DNA from: Psammoneis japonica
Taxonomy: Eukaryota
Length of the DNA stretch: 64,000 nt
NCBI GenBank assembly: GCA_008632985.1
Contig: QPGO01000186.1
Location: forward strand, 62,001 to 126,000
Reading direction: 5' to 3'
The notes under the pieces are model-generated. The model did no database searches and was not told where the DNA came from. It worked only from the letters and a program-made list of their open reading frames with translations. The position numbers were made by a program, and so were the translations under genes. Every line of letters begins with the position of its first letter. The stretch's first letter is position 1. Below are positions 37,131 through 48,589 of this stretch, one piece after another.

Positions 37131-37500
37131 CTAAAGACTGTTTCGTGGTGGAAGAATGGTATGGGCAATAATCATTCCTACGAAAATGGGCCCAGCCACT
37201 ACAAACATTTGCAGAAATTGCTCCCATCCCTGATCCGTTTCTCCAGAAGCAGGCAGTTCTCGCCAGGCCACGGAAGCCAATGGACCCACTCACTAGCAGA
37301 AGAATGCCAGCCGCCGCCATAACGGACGCAGGTCGGTTTCACAACCTTTCCAGAGTGTCGGCCGTCAATGACATGGCCACTCATCCAATAAGAGTCCCAA
37401 AATTGTCAGAAACGTAAAAAGAACCAAGATAACTAACACCGTACCCAGACACCGAGACGACCAAAGACGAAAGTATGTCACGGTATGGTGTTTGATAGTA
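37131..37500 (-). pseudogene. 3' fragment of the ThrE exporter gene (duplicate)
   Basis: MAAAGILLLVSGSIGFRGLA identical to 42258-43736; small deletions and frameshifts. Confidence 0.9.
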
Positions 37501-39466
37501 GAGTCCGGGCGAGAGTTCATGATTTGTTCACTCTCCTGGCGCATGCTTTGGTATACTTCCTTAAGTCGCTCCAGTGCAAGAGAGGAGTCTCCTTCCAATC
37601 GAGAATCTTCCTGCTGCGATTCGAGCTCATCTGTGCTTACTTTGAGTTCACATGCCTTGACAAATCGACCCTTGATTTCTGGGCGATGAAGGCAGTCATA
37701 AGGAGCCTCGGTCTCAGGTAACTTCACTGCAGTAGCCACAGCAGCTGAAGCAGATGCTGCAGCTACAGTCCGTTTTGGTGGGGCGGCAGCAACACTTAAG
37801 CGTTCTGCAGCAGCAACTGAAGCAGATGCCGCAGCACAGTCCGTTGTGGTGGTGGGGCAGTAACACTTGAGCGTTCTGCATCAGACTTTTTCGTTTCAAC
37901 CTTTCTTTGCTTTCCTTTGGGCATGCCAAGAGCTTCAGCAGCCTCTCGTGCTTCGTCCTTATGCGGTCGATCCCGCTTTCGTTTCGGGTCTGCAGCTACC
38001 TGATCACTCTCCGATGCGGAAAGGGATGTCAGTGCATGCTCTCTCGCTTTCTTCATTCGTTCTTGCATTTCACTCTCCAATGTGGATGTAAGCGCATGTT
38101 CTCTGGCTCTGTTATTTCGTTCTCGTTTCGGGTCTGTAGCTACCTGATTACTTTCCGATGTGGGAAGGGATGTCAGCGCACACTCTCTCGCTTTCTTCAT
38201 TTGTTCTTGCATTTCACTTTCAGACATGGATGTACGCGCATATTCTCTGGCTCTGTTCTTTCGTTCTCGTTTCGGGTTTGTAGCTACCTGATTGCTCTCC
38301 GATGCGGGAAGGAATGTCAGCGCATACTCTCTCGCTTTCTTCATTCGTTCTTGCATTTCACTCTCAGATAAGGATGTAAGCGCATGTTCTCTGGCTCCGT
38401 TCTTTCGTTCTCTTTTCGGCTCTGTAGCTACCTGATTACTCTCCGATGCGGAAAGGGATGTCAGCGCATAGTCTCTGGCTCTTCTATGTGGTTCTTGCAT
38501 TTCACTCGCTTTCTTCATTCGTTCTTGCATTTCACTCTCAGATGTGGATGTAAGCGCATATTCTCTGGCTCTCTTCTTTCGTCCTCGTTTCGGGTCTGTA
38601 GCTACCCGATTACTCTCCGATGCGGAAAGGGATGTCAGCGCATACTCTCTGGCTCTTTTATGTCGTTCTTGCATTTCACTCGCTTTCTTCATTCGTTCTT
38701 GCATTTCACTCTCAGATATGGATGAAAGCGCATGTTCTCTGGCTCTCTTCTTTCGTCCTCGTTTCGGGTCTGTAGCTACCCGATTACTCTCCGATGCGGG
38801 AAGGGATGTCAGCGCATACTCTCTGGCCCTTTTATGTCGTTCTTGCATTTCACTCTCAGATATGGACGTAAGCGCACATTCTCTGGCTCTCTTCTTTCGT
38901 CCTCGTTTCGGGTCTGTAGCTACCCGATTACTCTTCGATGCGGGAAGGGATGTCAGCGCATACTCTCTGGCTCTTTTATGTCGTTCTTGCATTTCACTCG
39001 CTTTCTTCATTCGTTCTTTCATTTCACTCTCAGATATGGATGAAAGCGCATATTCTCTGGCTCTCTTCTTTCGTCCTCGTTTCGGGTCTGTAGCTGCCCG
39101 ATTACTCTCCGAGGCGGGAAGGGATGCCAGCGCATACTCTCTGGCTCTTTTATGTCGTTCTTGCATTTCACTCTCAGGTATAGCTGGGGTGACGATGGGA
39201 GGATGCGGCTTCTTCGTTCGTAGCACCACCACTGTGCGGACGGTTTCAGCTCTCGATGAAAGGAGCTTAAGTACATCTTGAACGCTCCAATTCGCAACTC
39301 GCACACGATCAATGGTGTGAATTAAGTCTCCTGTGACAAATTCATTTGCAGAGCCAACGCTACTCGTCATCACGGTGCAGTAGCTCGAGGTTGAACGAGC
39401 TTTTACCAGTGACATCTCGACGTTTCCCGGACGGAGTTTGAGGAAAACGTGCTCCCGATCTTGCAT
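37500..39466 (-). pseudogene. Paralog of the HA-domain gene (405-1931): repeat-expanded, frameshifted near 37835, truncated before the HA domains
   Basis: MQDREHV start and upstream aagacctgaaagatg shared; similarity continues to MNSRPDST then switches to ThrE sequence; AT-hook altered (KRKRDRPHK). May still be expressed. Confidence 0.8.
38030..39180 (-). repeat. Coding tandem array: 15 AR(E/D)xAL units of two alternating subtypes
   Basis: Alternating ALTSLPASESNRVATDPKRGRKKR and ALTSISESEMQER units; single copy in the paralog at about 700-810. Confidence 0.95.
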
Positions 39467-39659
39467 CTTTCAGGTCTCTAAGACTTACGCAGGCGATGAT
39501 TGATAATGAATAGGGATGTTGTTTATACTAAGGGCCTTGTCTTCAAACCGGACGATGCATGCTGCTACATTTAGAATACGCAACGTTCTGCTCTCACCAC
39601 TCACCACAACAAGAATTCCTGCTCTCAGCTCTCAGCTAGCTCTCAGGGCTCTGCTATCG

Positions 39660-41950
39660 CAGAAAAAATGCACGGCAACGGAATCTCGCGAGCGACCATT
39701 CCGTCCGACTCTGGCGTGGCTGTCGACCTTGCCGCAACAAGCTCATCAGAAAGTGACAGCGACGATGGACAGTGCATGAACAACAAAGATTCCTCGCAAA
39801 CAAAAACACCTGCATGAACTGAACTTTGGGAACATCAAGTTCAAGATCAATGAGGAAAAATCAAGCCTGACTGAGTGTCAGAGCTGGCCAGCAGCCCAGA
39901 CATTCTTTCCATGCTGAAAGATGGCACAGCGTTCTCATCACCCCCAAACTTGTCGATGCAGCATGTTTCCAATCCTTGCCCAAAGCCTTGTGAGCACACC
40001 ATGCAAAAAGCAGACCTTGCAACCAAATCTGCTGCAGCCCAAAGGCTGACAAACACCGCTGAACAAGTCATCACGAGTCTTGCAGCTTCTGTGCTGATGT
40101 GAAAAATGCTGCCAGCAAGCAGCAAGGAGGCTTTGATGTGCTCCAGCTCCCACCACAGACAAACTTGCTGCTTCAATTGCAACACCGCCCGCCACAAGGC
40201 AACACTGAAAGTCAGAAACAAACTTGTCAAGCATGAGGGCTTTTCTTGCTTTCTCATGATCTTGCTCATGAATGTGCAGAGACGCCCTGCAGCAATGTCA
40301 TGGATTTGGCTGGGTTGGATGCAGGGTTGCTCACCTCCTCTGTTGCTCTGCACTGTTGCTTGTTGCCAGTGAGAGGATTTGCTCAGTTTTCACACAACTC
40401 TCCATGTCAATCTTGTGGCAATTTTGTCAACAAATTGAATGTGAGCCAATGAGTGGGAAAGCTGTCAGGTGGGTTGGAAGTTGTCATGCTGTCAGGGCGG
40501 TCCTTTGCAGCACAAGTTCAAAGATGACCAGATGTGAGGTTCCATTGGAAAACAAGAGGGAAGACATCAGACATGCACTGCTCATTGACCAGAACTCTCT
40601 CTCTCTCTCTGGCTTGTTGGAGGAAGAAGTCCAGCCAAAATCAGTGTGCTGTCAACGCCAGTTGGCAGTCATGTGTGCTGCAATGCTGACCACAGCTGAA
40701 AGAGCTGTCATGCAATGCACAAAGAGCCTGCCACTCCCACTGGAGAGAACCAACCAGAGGTGCACAAATCATCAGTTGTTGTTTGTGCGCATGCATCTGC
40801 ACACTCAGCATGAGTGAATGAGACCAAAATGATGAGATCGCTTTTGTCGTTTGCACATTGATTGCATGCAAGGAAGCACACGCATGGACAACAAGATGAC
40901 TTGTGCACCTCTGGAGCAGAGAACAAGAAATGCCAGGGTGGATGCTGCATTTGTCATTGTGTGTTGCAGTGCCGTGCAGCAGACACCACAGCCCTGCCAA
41001 ACAACAATTGAAAATTGGGCCGCTGACTGGAGAGTGATGACACTGGCAATGCAAGCACAATTGAGAGCTTGGCACTGTCTTCTCTTTTGTCTCCAGAGTT
41101 TCTACATGAACAGCATTTGTGCAAAAATTGGTGCCAAAAGGGGCAAGCCTCTCACACTGCCTGGCTCAATTCTGATGGGCTCTTTCATTGATTCATCTGA
41201 TTTTCCTCAGACAAAATGAGCCCTTGACTTTGTTTGTCTTGTAAAGCCATTCTTTGAAAGTCCAATGTTTGAGCCTGGAGGAAAGAAGTGCTTCTTCATC
41301 AATGACTTTCATCTGCGAGGGTTGCACCATGCTTGCTGCAATTTTGCTCAAACTGAGTGATGCAGCTTGAGTGGCACCATGCTCCAAATGATTGCTGGTG
41401 GCATGGAAGAAACCCACATGAGCGGCAACAGTGTTGGCAATTCCACAGTGAACTGTGGAGAGAATGCCATCTCCTGAGGAATGGAGCATCCCGCAGTCCA
41501 AGAGTTGAGTCAGGTCCTGATGGCTGATGGACACCCTGTGACATTTTCAAAGTTCAGAAAAAAGACAGGAGACACAAACAATGTGAAAATGAAACCATGC
41601 TGGACTTTGTGCATTCAAACTTCTTTTGCTGATGGCTTCGGCAAGGCAAAGCACCCAGCCACATGTTGGGAACCATCTCATCATGTTTTTTTTTTGTGCA
41701 GAAGTGCAAGGCACTTGGACCTTAAGTTGTCAGTTGCAACCACCGGTGACTGGTGAAAAGGATTTCCCTTAGTTGCGGGAATCACCCACAGGCACCACAG
41801 GGGTGTGAGAAACATGTCTTTCTTGAACAGTGGGTCGTGGTTCCACGTCAACAATGCAAGAAGACGAAGAAAGGAGGAAAGACAATGATGAAGGAACATG
41901 TGAAAAAATTAGAACAATTGGGTTTGTGAGGTTTTTCAAGGATGAGGTGT
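39660..41950. other. Hypermutated island 2 (TpA/CpG depleted)
   Basis: No TA dinucleotide found by eye between 39657 and 41102; CG sparse in the interior. Confidence 0.92.
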
Positions 41951-42257
41951 GGTCAACAAGGCATTAGAGTAGTGAAAGGTAGTCGTGTGATAGTCTTGCA
42001 AAGCCTTTCCGAGAAGGTCATCGATGTGATTTAGAACGCAAGATGCTAACACTCACATAATGTACTCCGCCCTCGTACAACCTGTATCTTTAGAATGTTT
42101 TAATTCTGGTGTTATCGCATTGGGAACCATTCCGTGTCCTTTTGCGGCAAAGTCATTCGTGCGATGTAATACGGTAGCATGTCACCCATGCAAGAAGCCT
42201 ACCATACGACGGCACCCCCTTTAGTGGGTCTATCGTCGCCAGCAAAATCAACACCAC

Positions 42258-43736
42258 TCAAAGACTGTTTCGTGGTGGAAGAATGGTATGAGCAATAATC
42301 ATTCCTATGAGGATGAGCCCAGCCACAACAAACATTTGCAGAAACTGCTCCCATCCCTGATCCGTTTCTCCCGAAGCAATACTCGCCAGGCCACGGAAGC
42401 CAATGGACCCACTCACAAGCAGAAGAATGCCAGCCGCCGCCATAACGGACGCAGGTCGGTTTCGCAACCTTTCCAGAGTGTCGGCCGTCAATGACATGGC
42501 CACTGATCCAATAAGAGTCCCGAAATTGTCAGAAATGTAAAAAGAACCAAGGTAGCTAACTCCATACCCAGACACCGAGACGACCAACGACGAAAACATG
42601 TCACGGTACGGTGTCTGATAGTAGACCGCAAAGCCCATGGCCGCTGCTGGAACTCCTAAAAGTAACCACAGATTGTTTGGATACAATGGTGGGTCTACGT
42701 TTTCTGGATGTTGCGTTTGTGCAATACCGTCGACTAAAACATAGGCCAACCATGATCCGGTAAACAGTTTCACAAGGCACATGATCCCCGTGATGAGATT
42801 GCTAAAACCAGACAAAATGTGATTTGTAGCCATCTCGATGACCCCAAGGGAAATGGTGTATCCGGGGATGAGAATTAAAATGGCTCCAAGAATGGACATG
42901 ACGGGTGAGGACTGCGGTATCGCCGTATAGGCCCCCGTTGCAATCAGTCCAGTAACAAAGCCACAAACCACGTCAAGCCATCGACTGGCATCATGACGAG
43001 CATAGAGCGACTCTGGACCCATCCTTTCATCGATTTCCACAATAAGAAACACAGGAATAGACATAGCTGTTCCCAAGCCGACATCAATCCAAGAAGATCC
43101 CAGCAGAATCCCAAAGCCGAAGGCTACACACGGATAAGCAAGGGCTCTCCAAATAAGCCCCCAAGGCCGTTTTAAGAGTTCGATTTCGTTCAAACGATCC
43201 ATGGCTTCAGAAATAGATACCTCATTTCTCCTCATTTCCAATTGTAAATCATTAAGAGCTGCCAAACGATTCGCCTTGATACACGACTTGGTGCTAATGT
43301 GGTGAATTCTCTGTGTCGATAAGTCATCTTGCGCACATTGATAAAAGACAAACGTTAAGTGATCTGGAAATGAACGAAAGGTCCCCCGAAAGCCATGGCG
43401 AGCCGTCAATCCCGATAAATGCTTTTCCAACCGTTTGGCTCGAGATCCACTTTCGTGAGCCAATGTCCCGAATCGAATGATGAAGCGAACAACGTCCTCA
43501 AAGCCCGGCGGCTCTTGATGATTATGAGCGATTTCAATAACATCTTGGTTGTGCTTTGACCTAAATCGAAAATTGGCTTCTTCATTATGACATGGCTCTG
43601 AAGATTCGTTATCATTCTTATCTGCTCCGTGCCAGGGAGCCAATGACGCAAAAACACCAATCTCATCGTCAGTCTCGGGAACGGTTTGTTCCGGCAAAGT
43701 CAAGCCGGATTCGAGATCTGTGCTAGATTCAGACAT
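42258..43736 (-). CDS. Threonine/serine exporter (ThrE family)
   Basis: GTLAHESGSRAKRLE, ILILIPGYTISLGVIE, GILLLVSGS; about 10 TM helices; start set at MSES. Confidence 0.88.
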   Translation of the reverse strand: MSESSTDLESGLTLPEQTVPETDDEIGVFASLAPWHGADKNDNESSEPCHNEEANFRFRSKHNQDVIEIAHNHQEPPGFEDVVRFIIRFGTLAHESGSRAKRLEKHLSGLTARHGFRGTFRSFPDHLTFVFYQCAQDDLSTQRIHHISTKSCIKANRLAALNDLQLEMRRNEVSISEAMDRLNEIELLKRPWGLIWRALAYPCVAFGFGILLGSSWIDVGLGTAMSIPVFLIVEIDERMGPESLYARHDASRWLDVVCGFVTGLIATGAYTAIPQSSPVMSILGAILILIPGYTISLGVIEMATNHILSGFSNLITGIMCLVKLFTGSWLAYVLVDGIAQTQHPENVDPPLYPNNLWLLLGVPAAAMGFAVYYQTPYRDMFSSLVVSVSGYGVSYLGSFYISDNFGTLIGSVAMSLTADTLERLRNRPASVMAAAGILLLVSGSIGFRGLASIASGETDQGWEQFLQMFVVAGLILIGMIIAHTILPPRNSL

Positions 43737-44270
43737 GTCCAATTTTTCTCGTTACGGATACCATTCGAGTAGAGCAAAGATTGTTCACCAACAGCAACTC
43801 AATACACACCTTCAGAAAAATCTCAGCCCATAATACACATACCGGTAAAAGGTGCTCGCCAAAAAGATACAGTACGGTACATACCGTTGTACAGCCGACG
43901 GTACCGTACTACCGGTACGAAAACTGCCACGTCAAAACACTGGGACTTCGTGGGACTGATCCGCCATCTTGATCGCGCGATATTTATACTTTTCAGTCGT
44001 TCTGCATGCTTGTCAAGACGACTCGATCATTGCTTTGCATTAGGCTCTGAATAAAATCCTGTGAATCTAAGATATCCGATACTGGACACATCGTGCATGA
44101 TTACAGCGGGCGGGAAAGATCCGGATAAGTTCACGTCGTACCGGTAGTACAGTAGTAGGTCGTAGTTTGTTACTCCGCTTTCACTCTCATTTGACAACGA
44201 TCAGAACCCCATGCATTGACCATAAACTGCGAAGTGTAGCATATTTTAAATTCATTACGATTGAAAGAAC

Positions 44271-45656
44271 ATGAGCACCAAAGCTCAAGTTGGAACTTCG
44301 TCGCAGGCAGCGCTTGCCATAGTAGCTGGAGCAGCGACGCTTGCAGCTGTCATTCTCTCATGGAAGATACGCAAACGCCATGAAAGTGATCTTGCCTGTG
44401 GTATTCAGGATGATAGCATGGTGGAAGAAGAACTGTTGGATATTGAAATGAGTTTTTATCAGCAGGGCGAACCCTCTATCTCGGCACTCACGTGGTTTCA
44501 CGGTGATTATCAACAAGCACGACCAATCTTGGAGAGTCGTTTGCAAGCAATTCTACACAAGAATCCATGGCTCTGCGGACGAGTCATGAAAAGAAACAAC
44601 AAATTGCTTCTTATTTACAGCCACAACGCTCTCGGTATCCATCAGGAAGACTTTTTTGAAACGGTTTCTCCCGAGGCTTCACCCATTTGTCGAACCACAA
44701 CGTCTATTTATGAGCTTGCCGAAAAGACAAAAGACTTGATACTAGCCAATTCCATTGGGTCTGCGGCTCCTCTCTTAAAGATTTCACTCGTTCCTTGTCA
44801 GAGTCGCCCCACGGACCGGTTCGCACTCATTGTGTCCATCTCGCACTTGATAGCGGACGGACACACCTTTTACCAGATCCAATCCATGCTTTGCAGTGAC
44901 AACAGAGACATTGTCAGTCTGAACGCTAAAAGAATCAAAAGTACGGCACAACAACAAGTTGCAGCGATGGGAGGCAAGCAAGAGAACTATGACTTTTTTG
45001 CCAAGCCCAGTGTCGGGTTCAAGCTTAATTTGGCTCGTGGCGGTCTCTTGCGCAAGACTGGACTCGGACCGTCCAATCAAGTGGCCATGGCCTTGGTGGA
45101 TACCAAACAAACGCAAACAACAAAAGAAGAAGCCGCCAAGAAGGGAGGAGTTCCGTTTGTGTCAACCAATGATGTGCTGACTAGTTGGTTCCTACAGAAT
45201 ACCAAATGCTCGTTTGGTTTCATGACGTTGAACTGGAGAGAACGACTAAAAGGGCATAGCAGTTTACACTCTGGCAACTACGAGAATGTCATCTTTTATC
45301 GTCCGGAGGACTCAGCATTACCGAGTCTCATTCGAAAGTCACTCTCCATCTTTGAACGAACAGTGACCAAAGACAAATCTTTGCCGGGGTTGTGTCAAAC
45401 AACCGCTTCCACAATGGCTCTTGTTACGAACTGGACCACCTTTGCGGAACCAAACGAGATACAAGGGTGTCGCGAGGACTTGCACATGCCACTCTATGAT
45501 GCCACCGACGTTGTCTCGACGACCATGGCTCTGTTGATTATTTTCAGGTCGGGACCCAGAGGTATTGGTCTTTACATGGTTGGGACACCAGAAAAGTTGC
45601 AGGGGCTTAAAAGCGCACCGTTCATTTCAACGGTAAACGATACATGGACGGAGTGA
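44271..45656 (+). CDS. CoA-dependent acyltransferase-like protein (HxxxDG)
   Basis: SISHLIADGHTFY, NPWLCGR, VSTNDVLTS; N-terminal membrane anchor. Confidence 0.75.
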   Translation: MSTKAQVGTSSQAALAIVAGAATLAAVILSWKIRKRHESDLACGIQDDSMVEEELLDIEMSFYQQGEPSISALTWFHGDYQQARPILESRLQAILHKNPWLCGRVMKRNNKLLLIYSHNALGIHQEDFFETVSPEASPICRTTTSIYELAEKTKDLILANSIGSAAPLLKISLVPCQSRPTDRFALIVSISHLIADGHTFYQIQSMLCSDNRDIVSLNAKRIKSTAQQQVAAMGGKQENYDFFAKPSVGFKLNLARGGLLRKTGLGPSNQVAMALVDTKQTQTTKEEAAKKGGVPFVSTNDVLTSWFLQNTKCSFGFMTLNWRERLKGHSSLHSGNYENVIFYRPEDSALPSLIRKSLSIFERTVTKDKSLPGLCQTTASTMALVTNWTTFAEPNEIQGCREDLHMPLYDATDVVSTTMALLIIFRSGPRGIGLYMVGTPEKLQGLKSAPFISTVNDTWTE

Positions 45657-46707
45657 ACCCATGCTCTCGATCATGCCTATGAATTCAGAATATACCTCCA
45701 GCAGCTCAAGCAAGATCGATGAACTTGACTTCGCGTCATGCCTGCCTACTAAATCCATCGCAGAATGCCGCGTAGCCAAAGGTTTCTAGACTCGCCGGAA
45801 GAGCATCGTTATGGGAACGCTGGTAACCGTTGGAACTTTGGAATAGACAACGAAGTCCAAACGTGGCTGGCTACCACCTGAAAGCTAGCCTTCCGTATTA
45901 CATCACTCTGGTGGTCAAATCATTCATGTCAAGTAATCCTTCGTACCGGTAGGCTAGGCTTCACCCCTCCAAGAAAGCCTGATGCGAGGCTGCCCCGCTG
46001 TGCGTGGAACATTCGATTTGTTGCTTTGGCACCATGCCAAGCTTTTGCCATCTTCGCTGCGAGCACCAATCATGCTTTCAGGCTAAAATGAGTGATTGAA
46101 TCTTTGAAACGACCTCGTTGACATCGTCTTTGTCTCCTCGAGAATCTTGACACAATGAAACATGACATGTTTTGCACAACATTCCGCCAATGGAGATTAT
46201 CGTCCGGAACTACGTATTTTGCAAATAGCTCTCCGCCCGCACAACATTTTTGATTTTTTGTTCACACCATGCCTCCTGTCAAGCAACCGCAACTGCCATT
46301 TGCGTAGGCCTATTCTACTCTAGTAGCTCGCTAGAGTAGCTACCATACTCTAGCTACTTCTGGCTCTAGTAGAGAGGGAGGAGGCAACTCGTACGGTACT
46401 CTAGAGAGATAGAGGGTCATGAGGGTTGTCAGAGCCAGTGAAGCACTGAAGAAGAGCGATGTTTTATGAGCGGCTGTGCTAAAGGTTCCGAGTGAATTTT
46501 TATTTTATTTGAGTGTGCGTGTTTCGTTTGTCAATCACATGAGCAAATAAAAAAATAAACCGCATGATCCGAACAAGAGGAGGTGAAATAATGAACCATG
46601 ACAGTCGTCTCCATGATCTGCCGTTTCCGCCCAAGAATTCTTTTCGTCGTCTCAAAAACAGCAGAGTCGCGGACAAAGGCTGGAAAGTTTTGCTTCGCTC
46701 AGTCGTC

Positions 46708-48332
46708 ATGAACCTTCTTCTCCTGTCGACGTTGACAACACGACGATACATCGCCGTCGTTTTCTGTGTGGCGGAAGCTCGGAGATTATCACCAGTGTCA
46801 CTTTTCCCTCGCTATTACAAAACATTGCCTACTACTGGTGCGAGAAATAACGAGGCAACATCGAGGAGGGGAGAGTGGAAGCAGAAAGATATAGGGGCGA
46901 CCGTCAGAAGCAAACAGGTGGATAAAGCAACATTCATTGTCATCAACGGTGATGTCCCACGTGGAGGCGCTGCCGTTGATACAGATAAAGAGCAGGCTGC
47001 CACCAAACCACCTCAATGGCGACGCAGTGCATGCCGAAGACTGGGCGATTTCTTCTCGGCTGTTGGCTTTGTTGTGAGCAGCATTACCTCTCTGTTCACT
47101 GACCGAGGCCAATTCCGCCGGTGGACACCCACTGTGAACGCCTTGCAAAAGTTCCTGAAAAGCAGTGGTATCGAGCTGGAGCTCAGTCGGGTGTTCAATC
47201 ACCGTTTCTTGGAGAACATCGTAATTTTGAGTCGAGTGGAACGGGCTGCTGTCGGCGATAAGGATCGAAGAGATCTGGCGCTGTGTCGAACATCTTTGGC
47301 AACGCAGTGCCATCGACAGAAGAGTCGCTGCGGTACATGAAGTACGCAACGGCTGCATACGGAAATGACATGATCCAAGCAGCAGAATTGGACGTGATGG
47401 GACGAATTGATAATCGCTGGTCGCCCTTAACGCGTACACGGATTAGTGAGCACTGCTCTATTCCCGAACAAGACATTATCCATATGGACGTTGACCATGG
47501 GAACAAATCCGATGTTCTTCGACACTTTGTAGCGGTGGATCATAAGAACAGGAAGATAGTCCTCGCCATTCGAGGGACCTTTTCCTTGTCGGAGTTGATT
47601 GTCGACGTAGCGGGCTTTTCACGCCCCTTTTGCGGTGGCGAAGCTCATTCTGAAATGGCAACCATGGCGGAACGATTATGGGAAGTCGCGGGGGACACAG
47701 TCGTCAAGGCTCTCGAGGAGAACAAGCATTATGAATTTGTTGTTACGGGCCATTCTCTCGGTGCCGGAGCGGCTATTTTATTAAACATAATGGCTCACCG
47801 AGATGGACGAAAACTCGTCCGCGGGCACAGGGTTCGGTGTTTTGCGTACGCCTCTCCTCCCGTCTTTGCCCCGTTGAGCGCTGCTCCCGCGGCCACCAAA
47901 GCGTGTACCAACTACATCCATGAGAACGATGTCGTGCCGTTCTTGTCGATCGATGCGGTGAGGCACTTGTTCAACTGCATCCGAGTGGTGGACGAATGCA
48001 AAATGTCTTGGACGGCAAGAAAGAAACTGCTCTTTGGTCGAGCGGAACCGGACCAGACAATCCGGAATGCAGTTGAAGAAGCAAATTGTGAGCGTCTGAA
48101 ACCGAAGCCTGGGGCTCCACCATTGTTTATTCCAGCCCAAACGAATTTATGGATAAGGGAGAAGGAGGTTTCAGGAACCTACGACATGAAGCCGTGTTCT
48201 TCAAAGCAACTGGCGAAGCTTGGTATCTTGTTTCATCCAAACATGCTAGAGGACCATTTTCCTTCACGGTACGAGCACGCCTTGCACAATCTGAATGCCA
48301 AGGACGTCGGTGCATCACTTGACAGGCGTTGA
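46708..48332 (+). CDS. Class 3 lipase (DAG-lipase-like); frameshift near 47285
   Basis: IVLAIRGT, GHSLGAG, FAYASPP, NDVVP, DHFPSRY; N-terminal part lies in ORF 46564-47340; start uncertain. Confidence 0.85.
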
Positions 48333-48589
48333 AGAATATCGAGAAGAAGGGCATATTATCAGAGCAGACAGAATTGGAAGCGCCTTTTGCGACAATGAAT
48401 TGTCCCAAGTTGATCCTCCAGCAAACGTTGTTTTGCTGAAGCTCATTAGGCAGTATCATATGGTAGCCGTGTGGCTGGATGATCACTTTGTGGAAAAGTC
48501 AGTGGCAGAAGCATGTCATTATTATCTCCGATGTCACTGGTCCTAATTGTTCGTGTGTTGTGGCAACAACAGGAGATCTGAGTAGTACA

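Larger units (their letters stand above)
35912..37500 (+). repeat. Segmental duplication of about 40933-42624
   Basis: Colinear similarity from cagggtgga...catttgtcattgtg through gggtcgtggttccacgtcaacaatgcaag to the ThrE 3' end. Confidence 0.92.

Noticed and set aside
38030..39180. CRISPR-like array
   Set aside because: In-frame coding tandem repeat without unique spacers, in a eukaryotic context with no cas genes.
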